Shown in pieces: positions 56,412 through 64,000 of a stretch of 64,000 nucleotides of DNA; positions within the stretch are counted from its first letter, which is position 1, and each line of letters begins with the position of its first letter. The stretch is from Eledone cirrhosa (Eukaryota): NCBI GenBank assembly GCA_964016885.1, contig OZ024742.1:294872001-294936000 (forward strand), written 5' to 3'. Both the position numbers and the translations under genes were made by a program. The notes beneath the pieces were generated by a model. That model was not told the origin of the DNA. It did no database searches and saw only the letters and a list, made by a program, of their open reading frames with translations.

Positions 56412-58867
56412 TTGTATGCCAGAATGTCCCACCTAACCATATTACTCACCTTACCTCTAGTAATGTCTAAGACCCCTTCAAATTCCTGCACTCCTCAGCT
56501 CTCAATATCAAAGGGCCCTGAACAATGCCACTCATGTGCCATGTGCAATAGATGAAAGAAAGGAAAAAAAACTTCAACACTTTTTTCCACCCTTCTTGTA
56601 TCAAACTTACCACATGCACATCAGAATCCCTGCACCAATGGCACTGCCTGCATAGTTTGCCCCTCTTTGATGCTGATGAGGAAGATGTGCTGCTAAGAGC
56701 CCATCCAACTTATGGGGATTGTTGTAACTGATGACCCTCTCAATCATGATTGGGGTGAGTTGGGAGGCAATTCAATGGTAAAAAAACTATAATTCTTTTG
56801 TTTCTGTTAATTGTATATCTTTATGGTAACCACTTAAGTCTCTATCAAGAGTGGAATCTGAAGTCAGGTACAAATATGTATTCTTTATCTTGTAGCTCAG
56901 CATATTATTTAGAAATATCATCATCATCCTCATCATTTACATCATTTAATGTCTGTTTTGACTGCTAGCAAAGGTTGAACAGGTTATCACAGACCAAGTC
57001 AGTATTTAGCCTGAGCTGACCTCACAGACAGGCTTAGGTATACAACAGGCTAGGATGTACAGAACGTACTTGGTGCATTTTATTGTAACACCATCACTAA
57101 GTAAATTGTCATGTCTTTGACATAAATGAAGAGTCTTTTCTACCCATTGTTTGACAATAAAAGTTCTTATTTCATATCCACTATGGTACTGTGTACATAT
57201 TCATGACTAAATAATATGAAGACACTCAGAGATCAAATTGATTAAAATAATGTGTTGAGGTAAATATTATAAAAATACTTCTTCTCTAAAGGTGAGGCTA
57301 ATAGTCTGAAAAATGTTATTAGATTAGAAGTTGGTTATAGATATGCTTTGCCATGGGCCTTTAACTCCTGATAAAGTCCTATGGGTACCATTGTTACATA
57401 CTACATGTTTTGGGTATTCAAACCTGGTGGGATCTATTCCTTGCTAGGTCTGTAACACATGCTATTTCTTTCAGAGAAATTTAAAAGATGTGAGAAAGAG
57501 TATAAAAATGAATTAACACTAGTATTGAATTGGTATATTATTTATCAACCCAGAAAGAAGGGAAAGTAAAGAAGAGTGCAGAGAGCCAGAACAAATACTT
57601 CAAAGCATTCTATTAGATTTTCTAATTACTCTGTCACTTTGTTGCCTTGGTTATAGACATTAATTAGAGCATAAAATTACACATTGGTTACATAATTTAA
57701 TGATAATAATTTAATGCTTTCTGTTTCATTTTATTGTTGTTGCTTCAGAGTTCCCATGGACAGAATTGTGAATGCATTACCCCAGAGGATGGGGGGGGGG
57801 GGGGGGGGGGGGGCTGAAAAAGCCAGTCCAATTCACAGGATTCATTCTTATGAATGGTCATCTCCACCATGATTTCAGTGAATAAAACAGTGCTTTTGTG
57901 GGCCAGGAAGCCAGAAGATACTTCCACTACTATGGGTGTTATGATAAACCAATCAAAGAGCAGCTAGTACTTTGTTAATTTGCAATCTTCAGCCTGACAT
58001 CATCATCGTTTTTACATCTGCTTTTCTATGCTTGCATGGGTTGTATGGGTTCTTCTCAGCACAACATCTGAGAAGGACCTGTCCAACCCATGCCACTAAA
58101 AAGTTAATATGTCTCTGTTAATTGAGAGTCTTACATTTAGTATTTACATTACTCTATATTTACAATTATATTTTCACAGTAAACACTTTACCTCACATAA
58201 TTATCGAATCTATGAGATTTTGATATTATTTATTTTGAGAACAGTACCTTAACATAAGTATGAACAGCTGGTTATGGCCAGTTTGAACAGAAAGAGGTGA
58301 GAGAATTCTGGCCAGATACAGCTGGTTCAAATGCTAAAGGATTAAGTGTCTAACAAGAGTAGAATCTGTAGCCAGCTTATTGGTCATGTCTTTAGTTCAA
58401 CTGACAGCCATAACTGCAATAAATAGAAGATACAAAATTCAAAATAGGTGGTGAATTAGAACATTGGATAGAATGTTTTAAGTTATTCATTCTGGCTCTC
58501 TGCTCTCTGAGTTCGAATCCCGTCGAGGTCAACTTTGCCTTTCATCCTTTCAAGGTCGATAAAAAAGTACCAGTCTAGTACTTGGGTTGAGTCTGCCTTT
58601 CTCTGAAAGAAATCTGCTGTACTCAGGCCTGGAGAGGGATGGGCTACGCCAGGCTTAACATGCCCCAGAAACGTTGTATGTCAATATGGCACCCATACAA
58701 TGCTATCAGGAGTTATGGGACCATACCATACACAAATTCATAACATTATGATGCAAACTGCATTGAAATTTCATGTTATCCAAAGACTTCTACAGACAGA
58801 ATAAGAAATAAAATAAATTCCTCAGCCCTGATTTCTGAATGTTTTATAAGAAATGACAGACACTTAC

Positions 58868-58915
58868 AGTGGTCTGTATGGTGGTGGTGGTAGCAGTGGT
58901 ATTGGTGGTGGTCAT
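58868..58915 (-). CDS. Candidate first coding segment of the host gene (exon 58868-58989)
   Basis: Acceptor ttttaatttgcag, aaacATGa, MTTTNTTATTTTIQTT, consensus donor ct|gtaagt in phase 0, matching the 56174 exon. Confidence 0.45.
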
Positions 58916-59364
58916 GTTTCTACCAGCATATGTCTATGTCATCAATGGTTTTGGTGCTATCTTTTAATTGTTCTTTAAGTAAACACAATCTGCAAATTAA
59001 AATTTAGAAAATCTGTTCAACGGTAATTAAACAAAGAGAATTGCATCCATTTTTTAGATATATTTGTTGCCCAGTTAATGTAGTGTTAAAGATTAGTGAA
59101 AAGGAGAATATTTATGCTAAACTAATGAGGAATTTGCAGATACTCCACCTTGAATATACCTTTAGATTTGTGCCTGTGATCATTGGGACACTTGAATGTT
59201 ACTAACTGCATCAGTACAAATCTTGAGAATTTCTGTGGCTGGATGTCTTTCTAACGCCAGCCACTTTACTGAGTGTAGTGTGTGTGCATTTAATTGTGGC
59301 ACCAACACTGCCACTTTAAAAAATGGAACTTCTAGTTAGATATAGTTTGTATATATTGTATAAT

Positions 59365-62300
59365 CATCATCATCATCATCACCGTTTAACGTCCATCTTC
59401 CACGCTTGCATGGGTTTGGACGGGAGTTTTCCCACTTGAGGCAAGAGTGGTTGTCTTGCTCGCATAGGACTGTCTGGCGGGTTTTCTACGGCTGGATGCC
59501 CTTCCTAACACCAACCATATTTACAGTGTGGAACTGGGAGGTTTTTACTGTGTTACCTACACGGCCACATTACAGCATGGACTGTGTGTTTTTTTGTCGT
59601 GACACCTACACGACCTCATTTGTTTCGGACTGGATGTTGTGGCACCAATATAACTTTACATTGAGAGGGGTGGTGTGGATGGGGTGGGGGTAGTGGGACG
59701 GGGGTGTATTTTGTTAGAGCTGCCTACTGACTGTAGTAGGTTTCACTTTGTACTTAGGTAAGGCGGGTCTTCTCTATTACTGAGTACCGCCAAAGGTCTC
59801 GGTCCAGTGACATTGTCTTGGAGAGGTGTAAGTGTGTGAGGTCTGAATTTATCAAGTCGTCCCAGGTTTTTCTGGGTCTGCCTACTCCGTGGCTACCGTC
59901 TATTTTTATTGCCCTGTACTTTTTTATACAGCTGTCGTCTTTCATGCGCATCACGTGACCATACCAACGTAGTCTTCTCTCGAGTAAACAACATCTGATC
60001 CCTCTTATTTCTAATTTTTCTCTTAGTTCGTTTATGCTTTGCCGTTCACGTATATTACTATTACACATCCAGCGGAGCATGCAAGCTTCGTTCCTCCCCA
60101 GTCTGCGTATATCCTCTCCACACAATGCCCAGGTCTCACTGCCATGTAACATTGCTGTTTGTATGCAGGCATCATACAGCCTGCCTTTCATTTTTAGAGA
60201 GAACCCTTTAGCGGCTAATAGTGGTATAAGCTCTCTGAACTTTTTCCATCCAGTTCTGACTATAGCTACTGTACTTTCAGAGCACCCTCCACTACTGCTG
60301 ATTTTGTCACCCAAGTAACGGAAGGTGTCCACTATTTCTATAGAACCATCTGTGCAATGGAATGAGCTAGTATTCTGTGGGCACTTGCTGCTACTTATTG
60401 CACCAGAGCACCGGCCACATATAAAATCTATGTTCTTAGTTAGCTTACCTGTGATCCCACTACATCTTTTATGCACCCATATTTTGCATTTGGGACATAA
60501 AATGGAGTTTCTACCTACTCCTTTCCTACACACTGAGCATGGCCATTTCCCGGATGGGACCGGTGCCCTATTTTCCTTCCTACAAACTAGAACTTTAGTC
60601 TTAGACAGGTTAGTTTTATGGCCTTTTGATTCTAAGCCATGCTTCCATGTTTGGAATTTCTTCTCTAGTTTGGCCATTGATTCAGCTATGAGTGTTAGAT
60701 CATCTGCGTATAGGAGTTCCCATGGGCAGCCGGTCTTGAACTCCACTGTTATAGCCTGAAGGGCAATAATAAATAGTAGGGGCTAAGAACGAAGCCCTGA
60801 TGAACACCAACTTTTACGCTAAACTCTTCACTATATTCGTTGTTAATTCTAACCTTACTGACTGTTTCTTTATACATGGCTTGTATAGCTCTCACAAGCC
60901 ATTCATCAACACCTAGTTTTCTAAGAGACCACCAGATAATGGAACGGGGGACTCTGTCGAAGGCTTTCTCCAAGTCGACGAAAGCTAAGTATAGGGGTTT
61001 ACTTTTAGCTAGGTACTTCTCCTGTAGTTGTCGTACAATGAAAAGAGCGTCTGTGGTACTTTTACCTGACACAAACCCGAACTGCATTTCATCTAGATCA
61101 ATTCTCTCTCTGATTAGTTGCGCTATTACTTTTTCTGTGACCTTCATGACCTGGTCGATTAATTTAATGCCTCTATAGTTACTCCTATCTAGGGCATCTC
61201 CTTTACCCTTGTAGCAGTTAATGATGATGCTGCTACGCCAGTCCTTCGGAACAACCCCATTCTGTATGACTTGGTTTACTATCCGGGTGACCATGGTGTG
61301 TCCCACCGTTCCAGAAGCTTTCAGCATTTCAGCAACTATCTCCGAAGGCCCAGCCGCCTTACCCGTCTTCATATCTTTGATTGCCTTACTTATTATACTA
61401 CCTTCGACTAACATTGCTGGTCCCTCTATTGGATCGATATGGGGGAGACTGTCTTTCTCCCATTTATTCTCCTCATTTAGTAGCCTTTCGTAGTGACACT
61501 TCCAAGCTACCTTCTTATCAGCATCAGTGATGGCAAGTACACCATCATCATTAAGGACACACTTCTCCCCGACAATATCACGGTTTTCCTTGACACATTG
61601 CCTAGCAATCCTGAACACCTCACGTTTTTGGTCCTCGCATTGTAGAACATGCTTGAACTTTCTTTCCTCTGCTTCCCTTCTTGCGAAGTACACTTGTCTC
61701 CTAGCTTCCCTCCTGGCCACTTGATAGTCTTCTCTACTTCCCCATCCCGCCATACTTTCCAAGCCTGCTTTTTGGCCTTAATTGACTCCTCCACCTTACT
61801 GTTCCACCACCACGTTACTCTCCTCCTGCCTATAGGCCTGCTCCAGCCACAGACTTCGTCTGCCGCCGTCAGCAGGTTTGCTTTCAGGAATTCCCACTGT
61901 TCCTCTATATTGTACGACTCTAAATGCTCTTCCTTACTGTCGAAAGCATCAAGTAATATGCTTTTAAATTTATTACTGGTTGTGGGGTCCTTTAACTTCC
62001 ATATTTTTCTCCTGAGGATAGTCCTCTTCTGTTGTTGAGTACGTCTCGTCCTGACTATGAGGTCGCTAATTATCAGTCTATGTTGGGAGGTGCATTCTTC
62101 ATGGGGGAGGGATTTAGTGTTTACAACAGACACTCTGTCACGCCTTCTGGTAAGGATATAATCTACCTGGCTTGTGTGTTCCCCGGATCTATAGGTGATC
62201 AGGTGATTGTCACGTTTTTTGAAGTTAGTGTTACAGATAGTTAGGTTATTTGCATCACAGAATTCCAGGATTCTGGAGCCTTCCTCATTTCTAGTACCAA

Positions 62301-62518
62301 ACCCATAGCCTCCGTGGATTCCGTCATAGCCGTCACAATGTTGTCCAACGTGACCATTTAGGTCGCCAACAATAATTATATAGTCCCTATCGGTTATTTG
62401 GGAGGTAGTGAGCATCAGTGTCTCATAGAATCTGTCTTTTATAGCGCCAGGCAGTCCGGTTTGGGGTGCGTACGCAGATATTACTGTCACAGTAGTTCTA
62501 TTTAGAACAAGTCTTATG
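59365..62518 (-). mobile_element. Long 5'-truncated RTE-clade LINE (family B): APE, RT, PHD-like finger and 3' UTR; two frameshifts
   Basis: APE motifs SAYAPQ, GDLNGHVG, QVDYIL, SQHRL; RT motifs; three successive ORFs; (GAT)n tail at 59365-59381. Confidence 0.95.
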
Positions 62519-63532
62519 TAGATAGATATGGTGTGTGTATTGTACACTAGCCATACATAGAGTGGGTGTATTGTATAGTGTAGGTAGACATAATGTCTAT
62601 ATATTGTATAATGTAGGTAGATATAGGTGTCTATATTATATAATATATGTAGATAAACGGTGTAGGATGTGTATACTTTAAATTTCGGTCAGCCAGTAAC
62701 AGTCATCTATCCAGTTATGTATCAAATACATGCTAATTCAAACCCCTTCAACTACATAATTACTACTCTTGTTTCTTAAACGTATCAATTGATTACGTAA
62801 CTGAAAATTAGTACTAACAGCAACTGAGAGTTAACCTTGAGATAGACTTGTGTCTCATCCAGGAGTCATGTAGTCTCATGTCCCTTGACACCTCATGAAA
62901 ATAAGCTCCAGTTTGATGAGCTTCTAGAATCAAAGAAGACTTTAACTAAAATCGTTTGTGTCCCTCCCTTCTTTATTTAAGATGATAAGGTGTGATCTGA
63001 GGGATATTTGGATGCTATTTCTAGCAGGCCAAACAATCATCTGTGAAGGCATGAGGACAAGTGGTGAAGATGTTTGTTTCATGGTCAAAATGTATAGTGT
63101 AATTTCAGAAACATTTGGTTGCTATTTCTAGTAGACCAAGCAACCACCTGTGAAGTGATGAAGGTATTGGTCTCCCAATCAAAATGTATAGTGTGATTTT
63201 GGGAATATTTCGTTGCTATTTCTAGCAGGTCAAGCGAACCACACTAAGATTCTCATTATAGCCCCCTTTGATGAGAATAAAAAAAATGAAATAGAAACTA
63301 GTTGATACATATGCAAGATTTAATCCGGAGAACATCAGAAGTCTGTTTTTAGATAAGCATTTAAAACTAATTAATAAAATTGATGGGCGTTTTTGTTTTT
63401 GCTTCCCCACTTTTCTTTTTCTTTCTCTCGCTCTGGTCATATATTTTGATGTGTTGTTTTTGTAAGGTTCCTAGCAATAGCTCAATTGTACTTGTTATAT
63501 GTGTTTATATTTGTGTTTATCAACGACATTGT

Positions 63533-63842
63533 GAAGGTGCATGGCATTGTAGTAGCAGTATTCGGCTGACAGTAGTAAGGTCATGAGTTTGATTCCTGGC
63601 AGTGCATTGTGTCCTTGAGCAAGACACTTTATTTCACGTTGCTCCGGTCCACTCAGCTAGCAAAATGAGTTGCACCTGTAATTCGAAGGTCCAGCCTTGT
63701 CACGTTCTGTGTCATGGTGAATCTCCCTGAGATCTACATTAAGAGTACTCATGGCTGTCGAATGCTCAACCACTTGCACATTAATTTCACAAGCAGGCTG
63801 TTCTATTGGAACACTCATCATCGTAACCAACGGAATGCCAGT
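63533..63842 (+). mobile_element. tRNA-derived SINE (third family)
   Basis: Degenerate A and B boxes (gagtttgattcc), followed by gtgtccttgagcaagacactttatttcac, which is shared with SINE A. Confidence 0.6.
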
Positions 63843-64000
63843 TATTAATGACATTATAATTGTAATGTTATTCTGAAAGAATTGTAAGCAATTTGTAATG
63901 TTATTTATGTATATATATATATATATATATATATTATTTAATAAAAACATATTGATTAATGAAATAGGGGAATGAACTGACAGGAAGTCTACCTGGACTT

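Noticed and set aside
56611-56693. Extra host exon with a strong gtaagt donor
   Set aside because: Weak acceptor, and its start phase does not fit the upstream exon; left uncalled.
53583-62244. Antisense ORFs overlapping RTE elements
   Set aside because: Shadow frames of LINE coding sequence.

Overview
AT-rich, repeat-dominated eukaryotic (metazoan) DNA. The mix of RTE LINEs, RTE-tailed tRNA SINEs, Neptune-type Penelope, mariner and very long (TA)n/(TACA)n tracts suggests a cephalopod (octopus-like) genome; that is inference. A minus-strand host gene of unknown identity appears as small, phase-compatible exons at about 58.9k, 56.1k, 48.7k, 33.4k and 28.2k, plus a long acidic ORF running off the left edge. 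Its introns hold RTE, CR1, Dong/R4-like and Tx1-like LINE fragments, a decayed Penelope-like element, a near-intact mariner, SINEs, MITEs and satellites. Most ORFs in the track come from microsatellites, minisatellites or TEs. The main unannotated signal is about 16 type I hammerhead ribozyme (HHR) motifs from roughly seven unrelated sequence families, mostly in or beside (TA)n tracts and usually within inverted or terminally redundant non-coding elements (Penelope pLTR / retrozyme-like). These include a 4 x ~2.27 kb tandem array with an intact-core HHR on both strands of every unit, and a 623-nt and a 504-nt 'more-than-monomer' element. All folds were derived by eye and none has been computed or tested.
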